Positions 30,133-43,739 are shown, counted from the first letter of the stretch. The stretch: DNA of 64,000 nt from an uncultured Gemmatimonadales bacterium (GCA_963828735.1 CAWHFW010000002.1:640001-704000); one strand, 5' to 3'. Notes: a model not told the origin generated them from the sequence alone. Numbers and translations: made by a program.

Positions 30133-30915
30133 ATGGCCTACACGACCCTGCTCTTCGACCTCGACGGCGGCATCGCCACCGTGACGGTGAACCGCCCCGA
30201 CAAGCTCAACGCGCTCAACGGGCAGGTCATCGCGGAGCTCGACGACGTCGCGGCCCGCGTCGAGCGCGAGCCGGAGATCCGCGCGGTGCTCCTCACGGGC
30301 GCGGGGACCAAGGCCTTTGTCGCGGGCGCCGACATCGGCGAGATCGGCGAGCAGGGCGCGACGGCGGGAACCGCGCGCGCCCTTGCGGGCCAGCGGATGA
30401 TGCGGCGCCTCGAAACGTGCGGGAAGCCGGTCGTGGCGGCTGTCAACGGATTCGCGCTCGGCGGGGGGTGCGAGCTTGCCATGGCCTGCCATCTCCGCAT
30501 CGCCAGCGACAACGCGCGCTTCGGACAACCAGAGGTGAAGCTCGGCCTCGGACCCGGATACGGCGGGACGGTGCGGCTGCCCAGGCTGGTGGGCCGGGGG
30601 CGCGCGCTGGAGCTACTGCTCACCGGCGCCATGATCGACGCCCACGAGGCCTGGCGCATCGGACTGGTCAACCGCGTGGTGCCGGCGGACCGGCTGATCG
30701 CGGACTCCACTGCCCTGCTCCGGACGATTCTGGAGAACGGTCCGCTGGCCGTTCGGGCCTGTTTGGAGCTGGTGGATGCGGGCCTGGACATGGGCCTCGA
30801 CCGGGCGCTCGGTCTCGAGGCGAGCTGGTTCGGGCTCCTCAGCGCAACCGCCGATATGCGCGAAGGCACCCGGGCCTTTCTCGAGAAGCGAAAGCCTGTC
30901 TTCACCGGGGCTTGA
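30133..30915 (+). CDS. Enoyl-CoA hydratase / crotonase family protein
   Basis: NRPDKLNAL, AFVAGADI, NGFALGGGCELAMAC, GQPEVKLG. Confidence 0.93.
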   Translation: MAYTTLLFDLDGGIATVTVNRPDKLNALNGQVIAELDDVAARVEREPEIRAVLLTGAGTKAFVAGADIGEIGEQGATAGTARALAGQRMMRRLETCGKPVVAAVNGFALGGGCELAMACHLRIASDNARFGQPEVKLGLGPGYGGTVRLPRLVGRGRALELLLTGAMIDAHEAWRIGLVNRVVPADRLIADSTALLRTILENGPLAVRACLELVDAGLDMGLDRALGLEASWFGLLSATADMREGTRAFLEKRKPVFTGA

Positions 30916-30950
30916 GCCTGCAATTTCACCCTGCAACCGGCTATTTTTCC

Positions 30951-31366
30951 ATGATTCCAGGACGGGCGTTTCGGGGGATGTCGGGGTGGGCCGCGGTTGC
31001 GGCGGTGATCGGCTGCGGCACCCGGGACCGGCTGATTTTCCCGAGTGAGAACCCGGGAGATGGAGAGGGCCCGACCACCGAGGTCCTCCAGCCCGCCAGC
31101 CCCGATACGGTCGTGGTCGAAGGCGATCTCCTGATCGTGCAGGGGCGCAGCTTCGACCCCGACGGCGTGGACACGGTCTACATCGCGGTCGGCGGCATAG
31201 GTCAGGGCTTCGCGCCGATCCCGGGCCAGGGGAAGGACACCGTGGAGTTCGCCGTGCAGCTCTCGACCATCAACCACAGCGGCGCGACGGTGCTCGTGCA
31301 GGTCTTTGGCGTCGACGTGTTCGGCGACCAGGGCGGCATCGTCAGCCGGCAGATCCACATCGAGTA

Positions 31367-31367
<1 letters not shown>
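30951..31367 (+). CDS. Hypothetical lipoprotein with Ig-like beta domain
   Basis: VIGC lipobox-like motif, beta-rich; stop overlaps the recF start. Confidence 0.6.
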
Positions 31368-34703
<3,336 letters not shown>

Positions 34704-34771
34704 GGTGTTGTCAGGCGAGGAAGGCGCCCTGGGACGCCCCAGCGCGTCGTCCCCCAACGCTGGAGGCAGTC

Positions 34772-35254
34772 ATGCATCGCATCGGAATCTGTTGTTGTGC
34801 GCTCTTCGTCCTCGCCTGCGGCAAGGCCAAGGAAGAGCCCGCCATGGATCAGGGCGCCGCGGCTCCCGCGGCCGATAGTGCGGCCATGGCGCCGGCCGCG
34901 CCGGCTCCGATCTCGCTGGCGGATGTCGCTGGAAAGTGGAAGATGCGCACCACGAACGAGGCCGGCGACAGCACGCTCGTCGAGTACTCGCTCGACGCCA
35001 CCGCTGATTCGACCTGGGTGCTCCACTTCCCCAAGCGGCCGCCGGTCAAGGCCCACGTCTCCGCGAGCGGCGACAGCATCATCACGGAGGCTGGACCGTA
35101 CGAGAGCGTGCTGCGGAAGGGCGTCCAGGTGAAGACCACCACTGTATTCCGGCTGCAGGACGGCAAGCTGGTCGGCACCATGGTCGCGCACTACACGACC
35201 AAGGGCGCTGACTCCGTACGGAACCTGCGAGCTGAGGGAACCCGCGCGCAGTAA
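34772..35254 (+). CDS. Hypothetical lipoprotein
   Basis: RBS GGAGG, lipobox VLAC, beta-rich domain. Confidence 0.7.
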   Translation: MHRIGICCCALFVLACGKAKEEPAMDQGAAAPAADSAAMAPAAPAPISLADVAGKWKMRTTNEAGDSTLVEYSLDATADSTWVLHFPKRPPVKAHVSASGDSIITEAGPYESVLRKGVQVKTTTVFRLQDGKLVGTMVAHYTTKGADSVRNLRAEGTRAQ

Positions 35255-35307
35255 GCGCCGCGAAGGCCTCGGAACGCCGGCATCCGGAACAGGAATAGAA
35301 CGAACGA

Positions 35308-35338
35308 GGGGCGGCCACTCATTGGAGAAGGCCGCCCC
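35308..35338. terminator. Hairpin between convergent genes at the core/accessory boundary
   Basis: GGGGCGGCC...GGCCGCCCC inverted repeat followed by CTACCTTTT. Confidence 0.55.
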
Positions 35339-35356
35339 CTACCTTTTGGGCAACCT

Positions 35357-35767
35357 TCACTGCACGGGTGGCCCGCTCCGGTACTCGTCGTCGCTCACCT
35401 GCTCCATCCAGTCGACGGCTTTGCCTTCGAGCGCTTCCTGAATGGCGATGTGGGTCATCGCCGTGGTAGCCGTCGCGCCATGCCAATGCTTCTCGCTCGG
35501 CTCGAACAAGACCACGTCCCCGGGTCGGATGACCGCGACCGGCCCGCCGTCGCGCTGCACCCAGCCGCAGCCGAAGGTGACGATCAGCGTCTGCCCCAGC
35601 GGGTGCGTGTGCCACGCAGTGCGTGCGCCCGGCTCGAACGTGACTGCGTTGCCGGCCGCCCGCGTCGGGGCGGTCGCACCGAACAGAGGATCGATCCGGA
35701 CCGTGCCGGTGAACCACTCGGCCGGCCCCTTGGTCGAGGGCTGTGATCCGCTGCGCCTGATCTCCAT
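35357..35767 (-). CDS. Cupin domain protein
   Basis: [27 protein letters not shown]. Confidence 0.92.
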   Translation of the reverse strand: MEIRRSGSQPSTKGPAEWFTGTVRIDPLFGATAPTRAAGNAVTFEPGARTAWHTHPLGQTLIVTFGCGWVQRDGGPVAVIRPGDVVLFEPSEKHWHGATATTAMTHIAIQEALEGKAVDWMEQVSDDEYRSGPPVQ

Positions 35768-35899
35768 CGTTCATCTCCTCAATGATCGACCCGTTGCTGC
35801 GCGCACCCCTGTCGCCTGTTGCGCTGCCCGGTCAACCGTGCCTCAGCCGACCATCACGCCCGCCACTCCGATCCGCTCCACCGTATCGGATGCACCGCG

Positions 35900-36301
35900 T
35901 CATGGAGCGCCCGGCCGCTGAGCCACGGCCGCAATGGCCTCGATGGAAAACAACAGGCCTCGCGGCAGCTGGACCACTGGCGTCGATCGTGCCGGTGGGG
36001 CCACCGGAAAGTACTCCGCGTACAGCGCATTGAGTTGATCGAAGCCTTCCGGGACGGCCAGAAAGCAGGTTGTCTTCACCACCCGATCCAGGCTGCTGCC
36101 GGCGTCCTCCAGGAGCGCCCGGAGATTTTCGAAGGCCTGGCGCGCCTGAAGCTCGAACGTGGCTCCAGCGAGCGCTCCGCTACCGGGGTCCAGCCCGGCC
36201 TGGCCTGCGATGAAGAGCAGATCCCCCAGCCGAACCGCTTGGGAGTAGGGACCGCGCCGCGGCACCCTGGAGCTCTCCACGACCTCATGCAAAGCCGTCA
36301 C
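35900..36301 (-). CDS. RidA/YjgF family protein
   Basis: GPYSQAV, IAGQ, VVKTTCFL, PPARST, LPRG..SIEAIA; RBS GGAGG. Confidence 0.9.
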   Translation of the reverse strand: MTALHEVVESSRVPRRGPYSQAVRLGDLLFIAGQAGLDPGSGALAGATFELQARQAFENLRALLEDAGSSLDRVVKTTCFLAVPEGFDQLNALYAEYFPVAPPARSTPVVQLPRGLLFSIEAIAAVAQRPGAP

Positions 36302-36332
36302 TGTGCCTCCGAGGTTTGGTGGTATCCGCCGC

Positions 36333-36710
36333 TCATACGATGCGCCAGGGCGGACAGCGACGGTTCCGGCCCGCCCAATACAGGCACAGAGAGTTGCCTC
36401 CAGGATCCCGGAGCCGGGCCTCGCGCCAGAGCCATGGCTGATCGGCGGGCACACTGTCGAACTGGATTCCAGCCGAGCTGAGGCGCCGCACGATCTCGTC
36501 GAGGTCCTCGCACTCGAAGTAGACCACCGGGCTCGGCCCTGACCCGCGCTCGGAAACCTGTTCGAGCGACAGGGTGCTTTCCCCATCGGGGCATTCGAAG
36601 CGCGCATAGCGCGGGAGGTCCTCGACGATGAGGCGAAGTCCGAGGCGCTGATAGAATGCCACGGCGGGAGCCAGGTCTAGCACCGGGAGCGTCACTTGGT
36701 TGAGGTTCAT
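36333..36710 (-). CDS. VOC/glyoxalase family protein
   Basis: LNQVT..DL..AVAFY, VVYFECEDLD, WLWREARLRDPGGN. Confidence 0.88.
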   Translation of the reverse strand: MNLNQVTLPVLDLAPAVAFYQRLGLRLIVEDLPRYARFECPDGESTLSLEQVSERGSGPSPVVYFECEDLDEIVRRLSSAGIQFDSVPADQPWLWREARLRDPGGNSLCLYWAGRNRRCPPWRIV

Positions 36711-36895
36711 GGCAGCTATTTCGGGTGACTCCTCCGAAGGCGTGAGCGACTCGCCGCCGAGCATCCTCAGGCTAGGCAGCGCTTGCCAGAGAGGGTCTCG
36801 CTCGCACGGGAACCCCCGCCCGCACGGAGTGCGGACCAACCGCCCCATCCGCTTCCGGTTGTCAGCTGCACGTGCCGGTTTGATGACGCGACCGG

Positions 36896-37573
36896 CTAGT
36901 CGCGCTCCGGGGCGAGCTGACGCGCTCGTCCAACCTCCTGGGGCGCCGGCTGGTAGGGGATACGAAGCAAATGCACCCGCATGGCGACATTGATCGCGAG
37001 TGAGAGCCATGGTGCCACCAGTGCTATCAACGTCGCGGCGACATAGGCCACGAAGATGATCCGGTAGCCCCGGCGGATTTTGCTGACTTCGACCCCTGGG
37101 CGAAAGAGCCGGCCGCGCGTGAGCGTTTCGAGCAGCAGGTTGAATGCGACACTGCCGAAAACAAACGTTCCGCTATAGAAGGCGACTGCGGCGCTCATCT
37201 GCGGCCCTCCGAGGTTCTCCGCAAGTACCGCGGTCGGGAACGGGAGGAACGTCACATAGAGGAGGGTGCAGCCGTTCGCGAGCCGGGCCGGGCGATCCGT
37301 CGCGCGGACCAGCCGCATGAGGTCGTGATGGGTGGTCCACGTGACCAGGATGACGAAGAAGCTGAAGGCAAACGCGAGGTAGGAAGGCCAGAGTGCCGCG
37401 AGGGCACTCCACAGATTGCCCTCGACCCCCGGCGGAAGGCGAACGTCGAGGATCAGCAGGGTACACGCGATGGCGAAGACGCCATCGCTGAACGCGCAGA
37501 TACGGTCGGTGCCTTCCGTCAACGCGACCTCCGGCGTGCCCTCTAGCTCTGGGCTCGCTCCCCTGCGGCTCAC
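36896..37573 (-). CDS. TMEM175/DUF1211 K+ channel-like membrane protein
   Basis: RICAFSDGVFAIACTLL, WTTHH. Confidence 0.85.
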   Translation of the reverse strand: MSRRGASPELEGTPEVALTEGTDRICAFSDGVFAIACTLLILDVRLPPGVEGNLWSALAALWPSYLAFAFSFFVILVTWTTHHDLMRLVRATDRPARLANGCTLLYVTFLPFPTAVLAENLGGPQMSAAVAFYSGTFVFGSVAFNLLLETLTRGRLFRPGVEVSKIRRGYRIIFVAYVAATLIALVAPWLSLAINVAMRVHLLRIPYQPAPQEVGRARQLAPERD

Positions 37574-37940
37574 CGAGCGCGCGGCTTGAGCCTGGAAAGC
37601 CTACCTCCAACCTGGGCAACGATCTTGTGGAGTTCGCTGGTGAACATAGCTCCAACGGCGCTGGCGGCAAACGTCAGGGGCGGGCCCTCCTGGTGACTCT
37701 CATGGCCGTGGCCTGCACGGCTGGTGGGGAACAGCGTTTCTTCAGGAATCCAAGTCGCTCGACTGCGGAAACAGGACGGGCCGATGTGGCGAGGGCCGTT
37801 CGGGCGCCCCGAGGCCCCCAGCGAAAGGTGACGGTCGCGTACCGTCCAACGACATCCTCCTGAAACTCGTTTCACCGCGCGACGTACAGGACTCCGCGAG
37901 CCGGAGAAGCACATCCAGGCTTACGCCCGCGGAGGCCAAT

Positions 37941-38240
37941 AGGATCGACGAACTTCTTCGCTTCCTGGCGCCGCTGACACCCGCGGTACTTCCCGTGGTC
38001 GTGTTCATCTGGTACCGCACGCGACGAGAGCTCCGAGAGATCCGACAGGAGCTCGCAGCCCTGCGTCAGGCGGAGTCGCCGCCGGACCCTCGTTTCGACG
38101 AGCTGCTTGAGGCGGTCGAAGCGATGGGCGGCGATCTGGGACGCCTGGCAGAGGCTCAGCGTGTGACGATGCGCCTGGTGTCTGAACGCGACCCGGTACG
38201 GTCGCGACTCGAGCCGGGGCCTACGACGGAACCGGGTTGA
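37941..38240 (+). CDS. Small membrane-anchored coiled-coil protein; start codon apparently AGG (mutated or error) after a GGAGG RBS
   Basis: TM segment, then RFDELLEAVEAMGGDLGRLAEAQRVTMRLVSE; in-frame GTG at 37995 is the alternative start. Confidence 0.5.
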   Translation, partial: RIDELLRFLAPLTPAVLPVVVFIWYRTRRELREIRQELAALRQAESPPDPRFDELLEAVEAMGGDLGRLAEAQRVTMRLVSERDPVRSRLEPGPTTEPG

Positions 38241-38363
38241 GAGTCGGCCGCGAAAAGCGCAGCGAAGGGACCAGCGCCAGCGCCGGCCGTCTCAAGTCAT
38301 TCCGACTCACCCGGCAGTCGGGATCACACCCCACGACCGAGTCGCTGTTGAGGCATGCGTGGG

Positions 38364-38996
38364 TTAGACCGCGCGCTCTAGCGCTCCGACGTCTCCCGCA
38401 CAGATGATTCTGACGTTCCGGGTGACCTTCTCCACATCCCACTCCCACCACGCGATCGCGCGCAAGCGTTCGACGGTCGTCGGGTCGAACCGCGAGCGGA
38501 TGACAGCGGCAGGATTGCCGCCGACAATCGTGTAGGCGGGCACGTCCCGCGTCACGACCGCGGCACTCGCCACAATGGCACCATCCCCGATGGTCACTCC
38601 AGGCATGACCGTCGCGCGATAGCCGAGCCAGACGTCGTTCCCGACGTTGGTATCACCCCGCATCGGCCACTGCGGCCGCTCCGCCAACTCCCAGCCGTGA
38701 CCGAAAACGGGGAACGGGTAGCTGGTCAGCCATGACGTCATGTGGTTGCCGCCGTTCATGATGAACGTCGTCTCGGCCGCAATCGAGCAATACTTCCCGA
38801 TGATCAGGCGGTCACCGATAAAGTCGAAATGATACAGTACCTGCTCCTCGAAGTGCGCTGGCCCGCGAGGGTCGTCGTAGTAGGTATAGTCCCCCACGAT
38901 GATGGTAGGTCGTGTAATGAAGTTCTTCAGGAACCCGAGACGCTCGACGCCCGGAATGGGGAATGGCCGATCGGGCGAGGGGCCGTGGTCTGTCAT
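38364..38996 (-). CDS. Vat/CatB-family (xenobiotic) O-acetyltransferase
   Basis: [36 protein letters not shown] hexapeptide repeats, VGGNPA, IAWWEW. Confidence 0.92.
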   Translation of the reverse strand: MTDHGPSPDRPFPIPGVERLGFLKNFITRPTIIVGDYTYYDDPRGPAHFEEQVLYHFDFIGDRLIIGKYCSIAAETTFIMNGGNHMTSWLTSYPFPVFGHGWELAERPQWPMRGDTNVGNDVWLGYRATVMPGVTIGDGAIVASAAVVTRDVPAYTIVGGNPAAVIRSRFDPTTVERLRAIAWWEWDVEKVTRNVRIICAGDVGALERAV

Positions 38997-39203
38997 TCGA
39001 CGCTCCCAGCGGGGCCTGTCGGGGACGGTGGCGGCCTTCCCTGCGAATGCACATCGCCGTGCCTCGCTTGGCCGTCTGACACGAACCTGCGTTCCGTTAC
39101 GCTCCAGACTCAGAGCACCCACATCAATCGGATGCGTCCCACGAACCGGCCAGGTGCCTTGATGGAGGGCCCTCCCTGCCGAGCACGCCGCCCAGGATGG
39201 CGT

Positions 39204-39599
39204 TCAGCCCGTGGCCGGACGCCCGCCGAAGCTGACGACGTAGCCATCGGGGTCCTCGACGTAGAAGTCCATGGTACCCCACGCGGTCGCGGTCAATGGT
39301 CTGAGGATCTGTGCGCCGTTCGCCGTACAGCGCGCATAGAACGCCTCGATGCCGTCGACGCCGGCCGCGGCGTCGAGATGCTCGTGCTCACGCCGGTGCC
39401 GGCGCTCAGCAGCATTCTTGGGCGCTTCCTTCAGGTGGAGCTCCAGCCCATCGAGTTGGCCGATCGCATAGAACCCGTCCCACGGCTCACCGAAGGTGAA
39501 GCCGAGCTTCTCATAGTAAGCGATCGACCGCGCGAGATCGTCGACCAGGAACTGGGGAGCAAAGGATGTCACCCGGGGTTTCGTTTCGAGAGTCGTCAT
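39204..39599 (-). CDS. VOC / bleomycin-resistance-like protein
   Basis: FLVDDLARSIAYY, WGTMDFYVEDPDGY. Confidence 0.85.
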   Translation of the reverse strand: MTTLETKPRVTSFAPQFLVDDLARSIAYYEKLGFTFGEPWDGFYAIGQLDGLELHLKEAPKNAAERRHRREHEHLDAAAGVDGIEAFYARCTANGAQILRPLTATAWGTMDFYVEDPDGYVVSFGGRPATG

Positions 39600-39628
39600 T
39601 TGGATCTGTGTATTCATAGATGCGGTGC

Positions 39629-39668
39629 CCCTCACGAGATGTGTATCAGCTTGATGTGCGGGTTAGGC
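39629..39668 (-). repeat. Collapsed attC-like site (both ends kept, centre deleted)
   Basis: CCCTCAC-GAGATGTGTATCAGCT joined directly to TGATGTGCGG-GTTAGGC. Confidence 0.6.
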
Positions 39669-39684
39669 CGCATCCGGCACGTGC

Positions 39685-40125
39685 TCAGACCCAGCGCCGC
39701 ACTCGCGATCTGTAGGCCCGATACGCCTCCCCGAACTTCGCCTCCAAATACCTTTCCTCTCGAGCAATCACGCCCCATCGAAGCACCGCCAGCACCGGCG
39801 CGAGCAGGAGCAGAGGCCAGAGCGCATTCACGAGCAGTGCAATGCCCGCGTAGAGCCCGCTCAGAGCGAGGTAGAGCGGATTCCGCGTGAACCTGAAGGG
39901 CCCATCGGAGACAATGGCTAACGTCGGCTGATCTGGACGGATGTTCGTGCCGGCTCGTTTCATCGCCGCCTCTGCCGAGCGAGCCAGCAAGCCGCTCGCC
40001 ATAACCAGCACGACCCCCATCATACGAGCAGGCAGCGACGGTAGCGGCTGAGCCGGACGTATCCAGTGGAGGACCAACCCGAGGGCGAGCGCGCCCGCAA
40101 AGAGAAGCGGCGGGAATATCACCAC
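39685..40125 (-). CDS. Isoprenylcysteine carboxyl methyltransferase / PEMT family protein
   Basis: GPFRFTRNPLYL, REERYLEAKFGEAYRAY..RVRRW; start uncertain. Confidence 0.88.
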   Translation of the reverse strand: MVIFPPLLFAGALALGLVLHWIRPAQPLPSLPARMMGVVLVMASGLLARSAEAAMKRAGTNIRPDQPTLAIVSDGPFRFTRNPLYLALSGLYAGIALLVNALWPLLLLAPVLAVLRWGVIAREERYLEAKFGEAYRAYRSRVRRWV

Positions 40126-40173
40126 GCCCGGCGAATCTGGATTTCGCTGGATACGTCCTCCGGACGTGATGCC

Positions 40174-40313
40174 GCTTCACGACACGGCGCATCGCATGCA
40201 GTCCCTCGAGTCCGTGCCCACATCAATCTACGCTCTACGGCGCACTCATCGAGAGCTTTGTCCGAACGGAGGCCGGCGCCATTCCAGCCTGTCGCGGCGA
40301 GCGCGGGTTGGGC
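40174..40313 (-). repeat. attC-like site (140 bp, degenerate) downstream of the MerB-like gene
   Basis: GCTTCAC-GACACGGCGCATCGCATGCA...CCTGTCGCGGCGAGCGCGG-GTTGGGC; same length as 62194-62333. Confidence 0.6.
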
Positions 40314-40322
40314 GCGCCGGAC

Positions 40323-40997
40323 CTAGAAGGTGTCCGCCTGTGGATCCCAGAACGGATCCTGCAGCCCGAGCCCCGCAAAGATCCTGCGCATCTCGTCGGG
40401 ACCGGGACGCCGCGCGTCGGGCGAGAGCCGGGTGGCGTACCACGTGACTGCCAGCTGCCACAGTTGCTCCATGGTCACGAGCGGCCGCCGCGTAATACCC
40501 CGCGCGCGGCACCACGCATTCACCAGTTCTTCCGACCGGAAGAAGAGCATGGTGCTTCAGGTGAAGACCAGGTCCACCCACCAGCGCACCGCCGGGACTT
40601 GGCAGTGGAAGAGCCATGGGCTGGGCTCAGGCCCGCCCGGACCGACCTGGAGGCGGAGGGGCGTGCCCGACTGCCCGCAGCTCGAGTTGACCACTCCCTC
40701 CCGATGCAAGGCGGCGGGGATACCGAGCGCGTCCCAGGCGCAGTTGGCGAAGTAGGTTTGCCGCCCCACCTCCACGGTATGCGGCGTCGGCACCCCGGAA
40801 AAGGGTGGGGCCATGCGAATGGTCTCGCCATCCGGTTCCAAGAGGAGGACGCGATTCGCGCGCAAACGGCTATAGGCTGCACGAACGTCCTCGTCGGAGC
40901 ACCGAAACTCGGCAGCGACGTGGGCAAGCACGGGTGCGTGACCTGTGCTCGCGAAGTGCTGGTAGACAGCCAGCCGGACGTTGGTATCGAACTCCAT
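40323..40997 (-). CDS. MerB-like organomercurial lyase family protein, probable selenoprotein (in-frame TGA at 40557-40559)
   Basis: CAWD motif (MerB CxxD), SSCGQSG, then DLVFT-TGA-STMLFFRSEE continuing in frame; hairpin immediately after the TGA. Confidence 0.82.
40521..40554 (-). promoter_or_regulatory. Putative bacterial SECIS element
   Basis: Sense RNA CACCA-UGCUC-UUCUUCC-GGUC-GGAAGAA-C-UGGUG; the G-initiated apical loop follows the UGA by 19 nt. Confidence 0.75.
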
Positions 40998-41066
40998 CTG
41001 GGTCTAGGCGCTCCGCGGTGGCGGCCTGCGGTATGCGTAGGTTGGACGGCCTCTTCTACAATACCC

Positions 41067-41864
41067 TCAGCGGAGTACGTCGTCCCGGGGTCCGGGTTTG
41101 CGGGCGTACCCGATGTAGCTCACCGAGGTGTCGGGGCTCTCGCCCAGCTCCATCTCCCGGAAGGCCGCGGCATAGCTCAGGAGTCCCCGCTTGCGTCGGC
41201 GCAGGGCCCGGATGAGACGCAGCGGGCTCGCACGGGGCTTGAGCCCAGTTAGCCCGACCGGCACGAGCCCATGGAGCTCCAATTCCCGCCGGAGCTCGGC
41301 GGGACGAATGAACATGTTCCAGTCATGCAACCGTGACGGCATCAAGGCGGTCCAGCGCCAATCCTGGAGCAGTTTGATCACGATCAGTCGGCTCCGGAGG
41401 GTCCGATTGATGGTCTCATAGAAATAGGTTCCCCCCGGCCTGAGCATGCGCGCTGTTTCTGCGATGACCTGGGGTAAGTCGGTCACGTGTTCCAACACAT
41501 CGCAGCAATACACGATGTCGAAGCTTGCGTCGGCAAAGGGGAGTGCCTCCCCCAGCGCGCGCTGATACCCAATGGTAAGTCCTTGAGTGGCTGCATGTGC
41601 TCGCGCCGCTACCAGTGACTCCTCCGATGGGTCCACCCCGATCACCGCGCATCCCAAGCGGGCGAACTCCTCGGCCAACAATCCCCCACCGCAGCCGATA
41701 TCCAAGACGTGGAGGCCGCCAGGGGCCACATGCAGCTCCTCAACGAGCACCCGCCGCATGTAGCCGAACCGCGCGGGATTGAGAGCGGCAAGCACATGCA
41801 GGCAGCCGCCCTCGTTCCACCAACTGTCGGCCATCCGACCGTAAACGGCATTGTCGACAGGCAC
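41067..41864 (-). CDS. UbiG-like SAM-dependent O-methyltransferase
   Basis: WWNE..LHVL..LNPARF, VLDIGCGGGLLAE, DVLEHV, TINRT, HDWNMFIRPAEL. Confidence 0.85.
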   Translation of the reverse strand: MPVDNAVYGRMADSWWNEGGCLHVLAALNPARFGYMRRVLVEELHVAPGGLHVLDIGCGGGLLAEEFARLGCAVIGVDPSEESLVAARAHAATQGLTIGYQRALGEALPFADASFDIVYCCDVLEHVTDLPQVIAETARMLRPGGTYFYETINRTLRSRLIVIKLLQDWRWTALMPSRLHDWNMFIRPAELRRELELHGLVPVGLTGLKPRASPLRLIRALRRRKRGLLSYAAAFREMELGESPDTSVSYIGYARKPGPRDDVLR

Positions 41865-41969
41865 CGAGGGTTACCTCGCGCGCACGCCGCCACCAACGGC
41901 GTCCCGTACGCCTGCTCTTGGTGTTGCGTCAGCCGCAGGCCAGCAGGCCGCTTCGCGGCACGTCACGGC

Positions 41970-43178
41970 TCACCGTCCGACTCCCTGCACCACAATGGGC
42001 GCCGTCCACCGGAACGTTCCCCACGCCATGGCGAGCGTACCGTGCCTGGTGTCGCTCGCCTCGATCGAGATAGTGAACTTCTCCACCGGAGTGCCCACAC
42101 TATCTGATTTCATCGGCGCCGTGCCCACATCCTGGGCCCGGCTGTATTCCGTTCCCCACTGCCCCGTCTGCCTATTCACGATGAGATCGACGCCCCTGAC
42201 GTGTGGGGCGGTCCACAGGGTGTACGTCCCCGCCGGCAGTGGCAATCCCGCGAGCGTAATCGACGATGAGCTCGTGAACTGGGTCGCGGCATTTGCTCCC
42301 GTGCGCCAGACGCGGTCATAGCTGATCACGTTGCCCAGCAGCGTCCGCCCCCGCGCAAGCGGACGCCCGTAGTCCACTGCAAAGGTGGCGGCGCCGATGG
42401 TGGCCCGTGCGGTATCCCGCACGCTGAGCTGCGACGGGCCGGTGCGTCGCTCGGCGGCAGCGAAACGCTCCCCGATGGCCTCGACGTCGGGAAGTGTCGC
42501 CGTCCGCGCGACGGCGACCTTGTAGGTGCTTCGCATCCCCGAGTAGGTCAGCATGCGCCCGCCGCTGTCGACCGTCGCATCGCCGGTCCCCGACAACCAG
42601 TCGTGCCGGAGCTCTACCTTGCCCCCGGCAAGTGGGTGCACGTAGCCCCGGTGCAGCGTGAAGCTCGGTCCGACGTCCCGATCGGGATAGAACTGCCGGA
42701 ACGGCACGCTGTCGCCCGGCGCGAGTCCGGTCGCCGCGGCGCGGCGGAGCGCCGCCGCGATCTCCAGTTCAATGACGCTGTACATCATCGACACGTGCGG
42801 CACCGTGATCGCTCCCTTCGTCGCGAACGAAGTGTCCCGCACGCCGCCGCTGTCGCGGACCGAGATGGTCACCGCCTCGTTGGAGAAGTCCGCCGTGATC
42901 CGGCGTCCACGCTCCCTCGGCGACGGGCCGTTTGGCGTTCGAACGTCCATCACCATGTGCCGGATCCTGCCGTCCTCGGTCAGATCGAATTCGGTGTGAC
43001 GCTGTCGGACGAAGGGCCATCGATCCACGCCGTCGGCGACCAGCTGGGTGGGAGAACGGGCGATCCGCTCGAGGGAGACGGTGTCGTTTCCAAGCAACGC
43101 GACAAAACCGTAGCGCTCGGGTGGCGTGGCGTTGCTGCAGGCGAGGACGAGGAGGGCGAGGAGTAGCGACCGCTTCAT
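41970..43178 (-). CDS. Lipoprotein with C-terminal DUF2911 domain
   Basis: Lipobox VLAC; VDYGRP..RGR, WRTGANAAT, LPAGTYTLWT, QWGTEY. Confidence 0.82.
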   Translation of the reverse strand: MKRSLLLALLVLACSNATPPERYGFVALLGNDTVSLERIARSPTQLVADGVDRWPFVRQRHTEFDLTEDGRIRHMVMDVRTPNGPSPRERGRRITADFSNEAVTISVRDSGGVRDTSFATKGAITVPHVSMMYSVIELEIAAALRRAAATGLAPGDSVPFRQFYPDRDVGPSFTLHRGYVHPLAGGKVELRHDWLSGTGDATVDSGGRMLTYSGMRSTYKVAVARTATLPDVEAIGERFAAAERRTGPSQLSVRDTARATIGAATFAVDYGRPLARGRTLLGNVISYDRVWRTGANAATQFTSSSSITLAGLPLPAGTYTLWTAPHVRGVDLIVNRQTGQWGTEYSRAQDVGTAPMKSDSVGTPVEKFTISIEASDTRHGTLAMAWGTFRWTAPIVVQGVGR

Positions 43179-43457
43179 CTGATGCCCTTTATGAAGGTGA
43201 GCCCGAGCGGTTCTCCGAGGAAGGGGCGGCGCCGCCCCCGCAGCCGGGACCACGGAAGGGACGACCGAAGGAGGGAATCCTGACACAGGCCGTGCGCGGC
43301 GGGGACCATCGTCGGCACGAAGAAAAACAGGCCCTCAGACCCGTCGCCCGCGCCAGCTTGCCTTCCGCAGCGTCCCAACGGGACCGCGTCTTGACAAGAC
43401 ATGATCATGCTCCCATTTAGGTACCCGGCCGTACCACTTTTCCTCTCGGAGGGACCC

Positions 43458-43739
43458 ATGTACATCATGGTCCAGCACACGATCTCCGAGCCAGCCGTCT
43501 TCTGGAAGGCGGCTGACCCGAGCACCTTTCCCGCAGGACTCAAGCTCCACCACACCTTCCCGACACCTGACGGCACCCGGGCCGTTTGCATCTGGGAAGC
43601 CGCGTCGATAGACATGCTGCGCGACTTTCTGGAGCCCGCCGTGGGGCGGGTCAGCCGCAACGAGTACTTCCCCGTTGAGAACCGGGAGGGCCTCGGCCGT
43701 CCTTCGCGCGTGCCACAGACCGCCGCCGCTGGCTCTTAG
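43458..43739 (+). CDS. Hypothetical protein (dimeric alpha/beta-barrel-like)
   Basis: RBS GGAGG; DGTRAVCIWEAAS motif; TTGACA at 43391. Confidence 0.7.
   Translation: MYIMVQHTISEPAVFWKAADPSTFPAGLKLHHTFPTPDGTRAVCIWEAASIDMLRDFLEPAVGRVSRNEYFPVENREGLGRPSRVPQTAAAGS

Noticed and set aside
41067..41864. Housekeeping ubiG
   Set aside because: It sits among cassettes with no ubiquinone pathway context, so it is called only a UbiG-like methyltransferase.
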